DNA from: Octopus bimaculoides
Taxonomy: Eukaryota
Length of the DNA stretch: 64,000 bases
Direction: 5' to 3'
Assembly (NCBI RefSeq): GCF_001194135.2
Contig: NC_068981.1
Location: 87,005,548-87,069,547 of the forward strand
This document shows positions 26,871-39,825 of the stretch, piece after piece. The notes under the pieces are model-generated. The model had not been told where the DNA came from, did not search any database, and saw only the letters and a list, made by a program, of their open reading frames with translations. Position 1 is the stretch's first letter. Every line of letters begins with the position of its first letter. The translations under genes were made by a program, and so were the position numbers.

Positions 26871-27399
26871 GATTAAGAATTCACATCAGAACATTTGGTT
26901 TTGTTTGTGTGTGACAATCTGGGGGAAATTTGGGTTTCCAGAAAAAGAAATCAACCAGCTAACGCGCACGTTGTAAGTGGAACAGTAAAAATATGCAAAA
27001 CTTTTCTCAAGTTTAAAATATGATATCAATCTTATTATCACATTCCAACAACAAAGTTGTGTATCTTTGTTAGAAACTAACTCCGTCAATACAAGAAAAC
27101 TCATGTAATTAAAAACAGAACATTCATAAGTATCTATATATACATTTATGTATATGAATATGAATGTATGCGCGTGTGTTACATATTTGAATGTTGGGGC
27201 GCGTGCGTGTGTGTGTGTATGTGTGTTTGTGTATCTGTATCTGTGTCTGTATGTGTGGGTGGGTGGGTGCATGTGTGTTTGATTTTATATATAATTTTAT
27301 TTATAAAACAAATACTACTGTCATCAGACAGTTCGACAAAGGCAATTGGACCGAAATTCCACAATTATGTTGTACTTAGATTCCTGATTGGCACATTGA

Positions 27400-29620
27400 G
27401 TAATTTTGAATTCTGCTACAGTTATTCTGAAGTGAATAAACTTCAGTCTTGTGCTGCAATCAGTCAAGGAACTAGAATTTCAAATCTGACAGTAAAATCA
27501 CTCGTGCAATGTTGACCACGACACCTGCTCTCTTTGATGGCTATGACACATTCCAAAGACGAGAGATGCAGAAGCCGCCACAACAGCAACTCAAAGTTTA
27601 TTATGGAATAATGGACCCAAGTAGTAACGTAGAGATTCTGTACAGAGCATGTCAATCACTAAAATGCACATATCCTTCTTGGACAAGAATGATGCAGTCA
27701 ATTCACATAATGACTATCTAAAAGAATCGTATATTTTGTTCATGGCTATCATTCGCCTAAATTCTGACGAAATGTTTTGTATTTGCTATACGCTGTGATA
27801 CATTAGTTTACATACCAGAGAACACAGAGCTACACCAATTGTGACATGTGACCAGCAATTGTGGATCAAAGCAGTGGCACTGGAATGTTCATTGAATCCA
27901 TCTCGATGGAGAACTTGCAGATCTCTAACATGCTACAAGTCATATCCCAAAAGCCCGTCCGTGAAAAAAAAAGAAGACATGAAAAACATCTTAGGATTTA
28001 GTACTTAGATTTGTTGAAGAAATTGCTAACCATCATCAAATTAGAGAGAACTGATAATTGGAACTTACATCTAAATATAACCCACAAAATGCTGCCATAT
28101 CTTGCTGCATCCCAGCACAATAATTGCATCAGATCCTTCGATATGTACTTCCAGAAAATGCAAAGGCTGTACATGTCACATTCAGAGATGTGCCAACATT
28201 TTCAGCAAGGATTTTATTATCATCAGAAAAGGAGGCACGTATTTGAGACTTAGTCATAGAGCAAGTATTGAGGAGGAGTAAAAAGACAACAGGTGGGCTG
28301 ACAAGAGAAAGAGGGATAAATGGAACCCCTGTCTGGCTCGTATTGTTTACTGTCTGTGCACAAATACATTGTGTCATATACGAACTGACAAATATTCGAT
28401 CTATTATAAATGTACAACAGATCTGAACAAAGAAAGAAATATCAACATGGAGACAGAAGAAAGGCATTGCAGATACAGCAACATCACCAAATTTTTTATT
28501 CCAAGAAATCCTTTTAATGAAAATCCAAGCCTTAGAAGTATTGTTATTGGAGTGAAGGAAGATAATTGTGTTAACGCTGATTGTGCTCAACAAGTTGGTG
28601 AGAAGATTTTGAGAACAATAAGTTGCAAAAGCTTTGCGCAGCACGAGTTTAAGAAAATAAAATTAAGTTCTCTCAGTAAAAGAAATACAATATTGATAGA
28701 AGGAAAATTGCTCAGATTAATCAAAATTCATTCCCCCTTCCAGAGATTTTGGATAGCAAGTAAATTCAATGACATATCTAACATATGTGATAACTATATA
28801 TAATACGATTAACCCTACAAAGTTGCATTATGATAACTTATTCAATCTGGGAGTAAGTCCGCTAATGTTCCATAGTAAAAATACTAAATAGTTGTGAATG
28901 AGCGCCTCATGTTTAATGCTGACCAGCAAGCATGCTGTAATTTGGCAAGTATCAGATGTAAATCTCGCTTTGTGATGTGAGGCTTGTTTAACTTCCTGTA
29001 TTACGAATTAATAACTCCACTGAGTCCACTTTCGAGAAAGAATAGAAGTGTTAAGAACAAATTCTGGAACAGTTTTAACCAGTAAAGGATATTTGCACGC
29101 AACTTCTTCAGAAACCCACAGAGAAATAACCATGATTTAATACGATAGTTTGACACAGTACTTTGACAGTTTCATCATTCTGGAGCATTGATAGTTACTT
29201 CTGAAAGGCTGCGCATACCATGATGGGAGAGAAATATTAGCGAAGTTGGCGAGTCGATAGTTGAAGGACATTTCCAGATGATACGTATGTTGCCACGACA
29301 TTATTTAGCTTCTGTTATATTTCTGTAAATTTAAGGTAGAACGTCATTGCTTTTCACGGATAACTCATCATGTTTATTAGTGAAATGTGCATTCAGGTGA
29401 CGATGATTTATAACCTTTATTACTACATAGAAAATTGCATATCAAACATTGTGGAAGGTAACAGTCGTGTGGAGCTGTAATAAATTCATGCTTCAGATAA
29501 TCAGTGTTATGCTGATGGACATTTTTCATGATAGACGAAGAAAAATCTCATTACAAATTAATGGATTTAGAACAGAACATAATAGTTAGTAAACATAATA
29601 AAAATGAGATAATATAGAAC
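27400..29620 (+). mobile_element. Academ-like DNA transposon relic
   Basis: PSWTRMMQSIH, PIVTCDQQLWIKA (TFDQPL-like), MLPYLAASQHNN, DLVIEQVLRRSKKTTGGLTRERG, RNPF..LRSIVIGV..VNADCAQQVGEKIL; heavily frameshifted. Confidence 0.62.
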
Positions 29621-30357
29621 GTGTCTAAAATATTAAAATATAACTCAACGATACTCGCATGATGCTATATAAATCATAAAAATATTTTTGCTGTAACATT
29701 CAATCAAATATTATTACAGTTCATTAAACGACTGATCTTATATGGGAAAGGGATCTGTAAGGATTGAAAAGGGGCGGACAAATAGCCATGTTTAATAAAA
29801 TTCAGATGTATTTTTAAACTTGCTCGACTCCATGACGAATTAAGAACTATATGGATACAAACTCCAATTTTGTCTTTTCATTAGTAAAGAGGGCGAGCAA
29901 AATTCACTTTCTCGTAGTGGTGGTGGGGGGGCTGGTATTTGTCTAGTAGTGATGTACAGTTTTAAGCCCATTCGCATTTGCACAAACACACATTATAAAT
30001 TAACTCATTTCTTTCTTTATCCTGTATACAATTGTCCATGTTTTATTCCTTTCAAACTGCCAGCATTATAATCAAATGAATCCTACTGCGTATATCCATA
30101 TGGTGCGAAGCCGGCTTAATATGCACATAAACATTTAACATACCACTTAAAACACAGGGCAGCTGGTGAATAATTCTGTCTGGATGTGTATCGTGTACTA
30201 TTAGCCAAGCCGTACAAGCAGCCATAATGTAGGTCAAGTAATCTATTTGCAGTTATATAATAAACCATTCAGTCGACTGCTGACAGCAAGCGAAAGTTGA
30301 TTCATAGCGCATGCGCGCAGTTACTGTGTTCATTTTTATGGAAGGAATTAAGAGATA

Positions 30358-31548
30358 CTAGCAGAAATACCCGGGTTAAAGAGAATAATGAAATCTAAAA
30401 ACGCCGTCTAGACTATGCAACCCTCAACTGTTAGTAGCTACGATACCATATTTCTACATTAATAACTCTCCAATCCATGCCAGCATGGAACATAGACATT
30501 AAGTGGAATGCCAGTCTCTCATCCAGGAGGGCCTTGAAATCAATGTTACCAACTGGGGACTATGTGTGTCGTAGTGATAATAAAAAGACCCAAAGGAGGT
30601 CTGCAACGAAATAATTTTACTCAACATTTTGCAAGTGAATCAGTGGAGGCAAAGATGCGTCTCATTTACTTGACAATTTATGCACCACATTGCAGAAATC
30701 ACAATGTAAGTATATCTGAAAGGGTAGTCTTACACTGTTGTNNNNNNNNNNNNNNNNNNNNNNNNNNNNNNNNNNNNNNNNNNNNNNNNNNNNNNNNNNN
30801 NNNNNNNNNNNNNNNNNNNNNNNNNNNNNNNNNNNNNNNNNNNNNNNNNNNNNNNNNNNNNNNNNNNNNNNNNNNNNNNNNNNNNNNNNNNNNNNNNNNN
30901 NNNNNNNNNNNNNNNNNNNNNNNNNNNNNNNNNNNNNNNNNNNNNNNNNNNNNNNNNNNNNNNNNNNNNNNNNNNNNNNNNNNNNNNNNNNNNNNNNNNN
31001 NNNNNNNNNNNNNNNNNNNNNNNNNNNNNNNNNNNNNNNNNNNNNNNNNNNNNNNNNNNNNNNNNNNNNNNNNNNNNNNNNNNNNNNNNNNNNNNNNNNN
31101 NNNNNNNNNNNNNNNNNNNNNNNNNNNNNNNNNNNNNNNNNNNNNNNNNNNNNNNNNNNNNNNNNNNNNNNNNNNNNNNNNNNNNNNNNNNNNNNNNNNN
31201 NNNNNNNNNNNNNNNNNNNNNNNNNNNNNNNNNNNNNNNNNNNNNNNNNNNNNNNNNNNNNNNNNNNNNNNNNNNNNNNNNNNNNNNNNNNNNNNNNNNN
31301 NNNNNNNNNNNNNNNNNNNNNNNNNNNNNNGTTTCATTTTTAAAGTGAAAGTATTTGACATGAGTGTTTTTGTTTCACTTTTGACACGTAATACTTAAAT
31401 AGTGGAGGAGATATTATGTTGCCGTGGGCTCGAACTCCGCAAGAAGTTAATAATTTTTTTTGACTAAAACACAACTGGAACCCTAAGTAAGGCATTTGTA
31501 AAATTTGAATGAAATTGGTTGCGTAGTTCTCGAGTTTTAGGGATTCAC

Positions 31549-31599
<51 letters not shown>

Positions 31600-31625
31600 C
31601 ACATTCTCATTTTTATATATATAGA
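30358..31625 (-). mobile_element. Non-autonomous Helitron with both termini, spanning an N gap
   Basis: Minus strand A|TCTATATATATAAAAATGAGAATGTGTGTCTGTCTG... and ...acccgggtatttctgCTAG|T, i.e. 5'-TC, 3'-CTAG and an AT target without TSD. Confidence 0.68.
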
Positions 31626-31899
31626 TTATACACAGACACACATGACAGAGCATGCGACGAAGGGCAGTTAGTGTATCATTCCATGATTGCGTTTGTATTA
31701 CTGTATGGGCGAGCACAACCCATACAATCCAATTTAAAACTTGTTCAACTATTGTCACCTAGCCACCATAATTAGTTATCTCTGAGAATAGCTGGTAATA
31801 AAGATGATGTTTCAGAAACATTCACAATAAATATTTTTTAACTAAATCACAATTAAAGTATTGCTTGGTGACTGTTTAATTTTTAACAACTTTCGTAGG

Positions 31900-32071
31900 A
31901 GAGGAAAAGTCGATTATACCGACCCCAGTACGTAACTGATGCTTATTTCATCAACACTGAAAGGATGAAAGGCAGAGTCGACCTCTGCGGAATTTGAACT
32001 CAAGCAGTAAAGACGGACGAAATACTGCTAAGCATTTTGCCCGGCGTTCTAACGATTCTGCAGCACACCGC
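31900..32071 (-). mobile_element. SINE family A
   Basis: Reverse complement of head and body (ggaatttgaactc, ctaacgattctg). Confidence 0.75.
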
Positions 32072-33796
32072 TTTATAATGATATAATAATGACAGCTATT
32101 TATCTTGGAAGCTATCAACTATTTCCACAAAAAAGGCATTTGTAGCTGGCAGGGTCGGATAAATGAATGGTATATATTTCTATTAATTGTAGCGCAAAGA
32201 CAAAATTCATCCTGTCGATATTTGAACTTAGAAGGTAAGCAGACATAACTGAGAACTACATAATATACATAACCTGGAGTGTTACTGCTTCTGCTTCCCA
32301 GCACCCTTTAGTAATAGTAAAGATATTGATTTCTAACTTAGAAACAGAAGACTAGAAATTCCGGAAAAGAAACAATGGATACAATCATCGCAGTACATGG
32401 TTTTCTGTTACGACCTGTGGAAGAGTAAAAGATAAGTTAGAACTCGATGGGATTTGAACTCAAAACGTAACTAGATACTGCGTAGTAGTTTATCTGAATC
32501 TCTACCGCTTTTTATTGACAGTAAAATTTTCATTTCTTACTATGGCACTAGTCTTCAAACTTATTGAAAAATGGACAATTGGTTATATCAAAACTAGTGC
32601 TGGTACTTTATTTTATTTATTTCAGGAGAATGAAAAGTAAAGTTGACGCCGACAGAATTTAGTTCAGAATGTAAAAGGCCGTCATTAAATATCAAGCTAT
32701 TGCAAGCGTTTCCTATTGCGATTTTACTTTAATGTGACAAGTTGGTAGAGCGTACTAAATAGCTTACAATATTTTGTGTTGCCTATCAGTTTTGAGATGA
32801 AATACGTACCAGATTCGAATTTGCTTTTCATTATCCCCTTCCCAAACCCCTGAACTTGATGATGCCAGTAATACACAAGAGTCGATTCAGTTGATTGTAC
32901 TTTTTCTGTTATAAGAAAACTTGTAATTATCTCAATATATAAAATATATCATCCCATTAAAATAAATGTTAATTTGGAGTTCAATATACAATATCCAAAC
33001 TTTAATATAAATGACAAATGAAGTACATTTTAAAATAATAATCTTTTTAATATTTCGGTTATTATATATAAATCCTATATTCCTTGGAGATGAATTCTTA
33101 CTTCTATAGAAATACGCAAAATATTTACTTGCATGATTCGTTGTTATGTAGTTCCGGGTTAGCTATGATTGAATAGACCTGGGATAAAAGGCGTTCCAGC
33201 GATGACTATATTCCGGTTTTTGGTTTCTAATAGGGAAATACATTATATGTGACGTTACTGAATATGATTTCAGGGCAATTTGAAGGCTATTTCTAGCAGG
33301 TTGTCCCATTGCATAGAGGCTTTCTCTCTCTGGTTCATTTATTTGTATGTTTCCTCGTGATATGATTTTAAAACTTTCAAGAAATAAGCTTCTTGGAAAT
33401 CGTGTGACTTACTTTACTTTGCGAAAATTGGTAAAAATATATCAAGTCAGGGAGTAGATCTTAGATGGAGGCCGAAACTTGATGACAATGAATAGTTCTT
33501 AATTGCATTAAACTTTTTTTAAATATGAATAAAATGGTATATACTTTAAATGGCAACTGGAACTTTATTAACTCTCTTTCCTATAGAGTTGTTACTTTCC
33601 TCGTTGCACCAGCTTAGACAGATTAACAGAGGTAAAAACTGTTGGATTTAGCTTTCGCGTCGTCCAACTGAACGATCGTTTAATGAACTTTGTGCAGATG
33701 CAGTCGGATCCCGCTGTTTTGTTGTTCTTAAGAGAATTGGTTGCCATGGAGATTTCAAAGTTCGTGGATACTACCGGCTGATGTAGAGTGATAATA

Positions 33797-34413
33797 TCAG
33801 GTCATCCCATAAGTTCTGCCCGATTTTACTTTTTTTTAAATTGAATGAAATTTAATAGTATTTTAGAATGTCTGATGGAATTAAAAATTATTTTTATGTA
33901 TTTGTGTACATTTAAACTAATCAAATATTTTACAGAATAATAGAATTAAAATTTCTTTGATTAGAACCCTTTCTAACATGGAAGTATCCAAAGAGCATTT
34001 GAGGCACATAATGCTTTATGAGTACAAAAAAGGAAACTTTGCAGCCGAAGCGACTCGAAACATACACTTAGTTTATGGGAAAGAATGCTTGAATGAAAGA
34101 GATTGCAGAAGATGGTTTGCAAAATTCAGAAGTGGAGATTTCAGCCTTGAAGATGAAGATCAAACAGGGACGTCCAGTTGAGTTCTATGATAAGCTCCTT
34201 GAGGCATTATTTGAAGAAAACCCTGCATTATCAGTTGAAGAATTGGCAATAAAGCTTAGTTCAAACCATACAACTGTTCATCGTCATCTTCAACAACTTG
34301 GAAAGGTTCCTAAACTTGGAAAACGGGTGCCTCATGAATTGTCCGAAAGCAACCGCAAATCCCGAGTTGACATCTGCTCTTTTCTCCATTCTTGCGAACT
34401 CATTTCACCCTTT
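33797..34413 (+). mobile_element. Mariner (Mos1-like) left half, truncated by a Helitron
   Basis: TA|TCAGGTCATCCCATAAGTTCTG left TIR; MEVSKEHLRHIMLYEYKKG..RRWFAKFRSGDFSLEDE..GRPVE..HRHLQQLGKVPKLGKRVPHELS. Confidence 0.88.
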
Positions 34414-34414
34414 T

Positions 34415-35230
34415 TAGCTGTTTACATTATTTTACGCTTGTTTATACTCTTATACATTCAAAGTTCACAAATTTCCTTATTTAAATTATGAATCCTTTTC
34501 CTTTCGATAATATCAATATGATTACAAAACTTCTTTGTAGACGATATTTTCTGTTTGGTCGACACTAATTTTTAAATTGCTGAAGTCCGTTGCTCTACTC
34601 ATAGCGACATATAACTGGCTGTGTATAAACATCAGAGTGGATAAAAATACACCTACACGATCTAAAGTCTGGCCTTGTGTCTTGTGTGCTGTGAATGCGC
34701 GAGCAGAATCTTTAGGGTTGCAAAAAAACAAACTAAGACTTACCTCTCACTGTTCTCTGCGAATAATGTCTGGATGTTCTGGTACTATGGGTTATTTTGA
34801 TTGACAAAACTGAGATGCAAACAAGAGCTGCGTCGAATAGCCGTTTCTAATCCTGCTTGAGATTGACACGCTTCAATAACTACTAAATAATCACACACTA
34901 TACACAGACACACTTTTTCCATTTTATTTTCGCTATTAACCATCCTCGCGACCCCCTTCATTTCTACGATGGAGCCACGAACTATACGATGAAAATTCAG
35001 AGTTAGTCGCTTTCGGTGAGTTTTTGATAAAAATGCGATGGTGATTTATCAATTCAAAAATCGATATCCACGAAATAATCATAGGTTCTGAATTTTTAAT
35101 ACTAAAGACCTTCTTGATGACCGTCTTTGTAATCCCGAAAATTATCGTAACCATTGTTCCAGCTGCCTGGCTGTGAAGAGGGAACAAGGAGACGGACAGA
35201 CGGACATAACGCCCATTATTATCTATATTT
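34415..35230 (-). mobile_element. Internally deleted Helitron retaining the Pif1 helicase C-terminus
   Basis: AFTAHKTQGQTLDRVGVFL..HSQLYVAMSRA..NIVYKEVL* (34522-34731); 5' end resembles atatagataataatgggcgttatgtccgtctgtccgtc. Confidence 0.7.
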
Positions 35231-36470
35231 GCAGTGTAGGGTCTCCTCATTGCGCTAGAGAGATACTGATGATTAGATGTACCCCTTGCACTACGCTTCT
35301 CCCGAAGTGTATGTGTGTACTTATAGTAAGGGGTACGCTTGACCATCAAAAGGCGGTGTCTGAGAGTAGTCACTGGGTATCGTTCGTTTGTCAGTCATGT
35401 GGTATACGGTCTTCAAGCGTGTGTGTCGGGTCGTTGGTGTTGAAAGCAGTACATCTGGGAAGAGGCTGGCGAATTTATTCTTCCAAGAAGTAATGAAGCA
35501 CTAAATTGCAAGCCCTCATTCAGTGGGATAGTGTTGATGTCTGCTGGCTCTCAATTTCACTGCATCAATGTATCTAACTGTGGGTTGCTGAAACATTATC
35601 ACGCTCGAAACAGCCTCTGCATTCGAACATTTTGAGGCAGCCCCACTGAATAGCAACCATTTTGTGTGAAAGACACTGCTTGGTCACGAAGCAAGCCTGC
35701 ATTGTCGGTTTATTCTCTCTGTCAGACAGAATGCAGCTGTATTGGAATTTGTGTAATTCTCAAGACCAAAGAGCGACACCCCTTGGCATCTGTCCACAGC
35801 GTATCACAGTGCCTCATGATAGACCTTCTACAGATAAGAGTAGAACGCTTCTTATAGTCACGATCTTTACCACAACGTCAGTGGCTCCTGGAGAAGAGAT
35901 CGTTTTATCAAGATTTGGAAGATTAGATGGATGCCAAACTCAAGAAGAGTGAGAGTTACTTGTTATAGTTGATGATTTCATAGCCAAACTCAGTTGCGAA
36001 TGAGCAGACTCGAATATTATCAGTCCACATGCATTTGGAAATCGTAATGGTAGACATGTCTATAGATTGATTTCTTTAGCAGTCTCAATTTCACTGTGAT
36101 ACAATCTGGTTCACGAAATGTGCAGCTCACAAAATCACATGGACTAGTCGAGTGAGGAATGTAAAAAATGCAGTAGATCATATGCTTGTCCTCATCGTTT
36201 GCTGATTGTCTCTCCTTCAGTGCTTTCATTTACAATGAATATCGTCTTCTTCTCTGCAACTTCTAGTTCAGATTATATCAATTACCATAGTAACCAAAGC
36301 GATCCATTAAGCTATCGAGTGTCAACTAGAAAACACTACAGAAGTAGTACAGAGAATCCCGTCCGAAAGACATCGCACTGACGATGAATGGGGGAACAGT
36401 AGAAGTGTGCAGATTGAAAAAAACAGCAAGAACTAGCTGTGGCTCTGTCCACAAACATCGGCTCTTGATG
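35230..36470 (+). mobile_element. RTE-like LINE 5' part (APE endonuclease), degenerate
   Basis: LTVGC*NIITL (TWNVRTL-like), LIVTIFTTTS..EEI.FYQDLE, VIVDDFIAKL (GDFNAK-like), AFGNRNG, KITWTS..KNAVDHML. Confidence 0.7.
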
Positions 36471-37339
36471 GTCAGGTGTACCCCTTGCTATAATTACACA
36501 TACACACCTAGAGAAGCAAAGTGCAAGGGTTACACCTAACCACCAGCTCCCCCTCTCCTGTAATGAAAAGATCCTTCACTGCAAATATTGATCGCTAGCA
36601 ATACCAAAACGGATTTTTTTGTAGTTTTAATACTCGATCTCAGCTCAAATCACTTGTCAAATAAATATAACTTTGAAATCATGCCAAGCATTTTACACAA
36701 AATAACAAATATGTTATATAACACTCGTGTAGCATTCATAAGTCCCTTTTTCAGTCGGTAAATCACTTTATTTACGCAAACATATTCACTTCCTATCCAC
36801 AAAATTGAGAACTGCACGAATGAAATATTTGTAAACTTTTGTAACAAATCAATAACAATGATCTTGTACTATTTTCCCCTCTTACATTAGTGATTCTATC
36901 GTAATTTATGCGGACTGGGTCATTGAGAGTTAGGTCTCTTTGCCAGGGACGCGTCTCAATATGAAAAGCTAATCATTTATCTGGTTCAGCAAGGGAACTT
37001 CTGCACAGGCAATAGACCTTTTAGAAAAAGCAACTAAATTTTAAAAAGCACACCCTATATCTTAAAAAATGTTAGGACTCATTTGATGATGTAGTCCTAC
37101 ATGCACTATTACATGCTCTAAATGGACTCATTGGTGTTCATGTATAGACGTTTATGTGTGTACACTTAAGTGTACATATATATATATTCATGTATTTATG
37201 TTTATTTATTTATGTATATCTATATATGTCAAAGTATGCACGCATATGCATATATATATATGTGTGTTTTTATGGTTTTTATATGTTTTTTATATGTTTA
37301 TATTTGTATATTGTAAATTAACTCCATGAACTTTCTAAA

Positions 37340-37470
37340 TCTCTGAAGAGGCCTAGAGAACCATACATGTTCCTCTATTCTCACCCATTTCATCTATCAA
37401 TCACTCCAGCTTACTGGAGTTATATAAATAGAATGAGGCATGTCACCCCTAGGCTGAAACAGCTGTAAGA
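37340..37470 (+). ncRNA. Type I hammerhead ribozyme with long stem II insertion (Penelope-like pLTR relic)
   Basis: Stem I TCT/AGA; core CTGAAGA (37343-49); stem II GGCCTAG/CTAGGCT; GAAA (37456-59); palindromic stem III ACAGCTGT; cleavage triplet GTA; internal hairpin actccag-ctta-ctggagt. Confidence 0.72.
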
Positions 37471-37659
37471 CGTTGTCCCTTCTTCGGTCACTAGATATCC
37501 TTTTTAATTTGTATTACTGATATGACATAATATGTCATATGTGTTTGTATATTGTTTTTATTGTCCTCTTAGTTGAAAAATAAACAGGTAAATTGACATA
37601 ATACAATGTCTGCAAGTTGATGAGTACCACATATTCCCCTCCATTTTCTTATTGCTATA

Positions 37660-37731
37660 TAATATATATATATATGTATATGTATATGTATATGTATATA
37701 TNNNNNNNNNNNNNNNNNNNTATATATATAT

Positions 37732-37782
<51 letters not shown>

Positions 37783-37848
37783 TAGATATCTTTCTAGATA
37801 GATAGATAGATACATACATACATACATACATACATACATACATACAGG

Positions 37849-37882
<34 letters not shown>

Positions 37883-37901
37883 AACTGACAGACAGAAAGA
37901 C

Positions 37902-37961
<60 letters not shown>

Positions 37962-37962
37962 G
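37660..37962. repeat. Compound TA/TAGA/TACA/CAGA microsatellite
   Basis: Directly visible. Confidence 0.95.
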
Positions 37963-39389
37963 AGGAGATCGGTGAAGAGATGACGGACGTTGTTATCCGT
38001 TATTGATGGCAACAATATTGATGTAACAATATTTCTACGTCCTCTATCATTGTTAACATAACCTGCTCTTGCTTTTGTTTTTGCTATTGTGGTTATTGCT
38101 CTTATTTGTTATTTGTTCCAGCGTCATTGTCGTCGCTGACGTTGTCTGGAAACAAATCCTTCAAACGAACTGCGTGTTGTTATTGTTTAGAGCTAATTAT
38201 TGATTATAATCAACTGTTAGAAGGTTTTGTTTTATTCAGGCATAGTATATCTTCTTTTTTTTTCAGACAGTAGAGCGAATCATAATGGAGGTTCCACTGC
38301 TAGTTGTAACGACTTTATTTATGATTTAACAAATGTACGATTCAAGCTATTCCAACCATAATTATTCCGTCTTCTAGCTATACACAAGGAACCCAGTAGC
38401 ATATTATCTAACATGTGTTTTCTGAAGAGCAATTTTGCTGTTAGCTCTAGTATATCGAGGGTTCACATAGAGGCTTCCTCGTTGGCTTGCCTACTGCATG
38501 TGTTTTTCATGTGTGAATCAGATTGGTACATCATGTGTATATATATATATATATATNNNNNNNNNNTAAACTCAAATAGCTGGCAGTAATCCACGTTAGA
38601 AGGTCAGACGGGTTCACTAGTTAAAGTGGCTCAAGGAATCGAAGCCGTATTAAAATTGTTTTCAGAACTCACATACTTTTTGAAGCATTGATTTCTTACA
38701 TTGGCAAAAGGTTGAAGTATAGGAAAATGAATACAGTTCATTAAATCGATTTTCCAGTACATAAGTGTTACATTTTATCGACACGCAAAAAAAAAAAAGA
38801 ATTATAGCCAACGTTAATCCCGATGAAATTTGAACTTGTAATGTACTTTGATGTAAGTAAATGCTGTAATATGAGCGGAGGATTTCTAGCGATTGTGCCA
38901 GCCATCATCCAAGTGGAATGCTGCATTTTGAAAATCCATATATTTCTTCAAATTGATTAAGAGTAGTTTAAAACGTGACCAAGATTTGCTAATTGTTTTT
39001 AGAAGAAAAACAAAATGTTTCCAATGAAGTGTCTTGTGTTTTAAAATGTTATAGTCAATTGCAGACTAGTATATATAGTCGAGAGAACAAGGCAGAATTT
39101 TTAATTAATTGAAATTACACGCGTAATAAGAAAAGTCATTAGCGCTTTTTTTATGTTTGTCTGTTTTTTTTGTTTGTTTTTTGTTTGGTTTTTTTTTTTG
39201 CAAAAAGGCAAAGGAAAGAACATCGAAATATAAATTGATTGGAATAATTTCCAACTAGTTCGATAATTTGTCTTTATGTTTCAGAGTTATAAGGATAATT
39301 CTGAGCACGTCTTATTCTTATCGACCCTCCTCGATGTCGCATAGTCTAACTCAACTGCTTAATTGCCATAATTTTGATGATGGGGATAC

Positions 39390-39595
39390 GGCGGCGAGCT
39401 GGCAGAATCATTAGCACGCCGACCAAAGTGCCTAGGGGCATTCTGTCCATCTTTATGTTCTTAGTTCAAATTCTGCTGAAGTTGACCTTGTCTTTCGCAC
39501 TCGATAAAATAAGTAACAGTTCAGCATTGGGGGTCAATGTAATCAATTTACCCTCCTTCCCAAAACTGCTGACCGTGTTCCAAAATTTGAAACCG
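39390..39595 (+). mobile_element. SINE family A, full length
   Basis: ggcggcgagctggcagaatcattagcacgccg head; ccaaaatttgaaacc tail. Confidence 0.85.
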
Positions 39596-39825
39596 TGATT
39601 TGGGTGAAGTTGACATACATTTATTCTTTTCTTCTCTAAAGAGAATCCTGATAAAAAATTTCCCCCTCAAATTATCGTAGTACTCCTAAATCGAAATAAA
39701 AATTTAAATGATATTCTAATGACGCAAGCAAGACTGAAACCACGTAGGTGATGACGTTCATTAATATTACTGTTCTACTAACCATTATTATTATTAAGGC
39801 GGCGTGCTTTAATGCTTAGCGGTAT

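Noticed and set aside
35200-36400. Possible Gypsy gag/pol on the minus strand
   Set aside because: Weak similarities only; the + strand gives an ordered series of APE endonuclease motifs.
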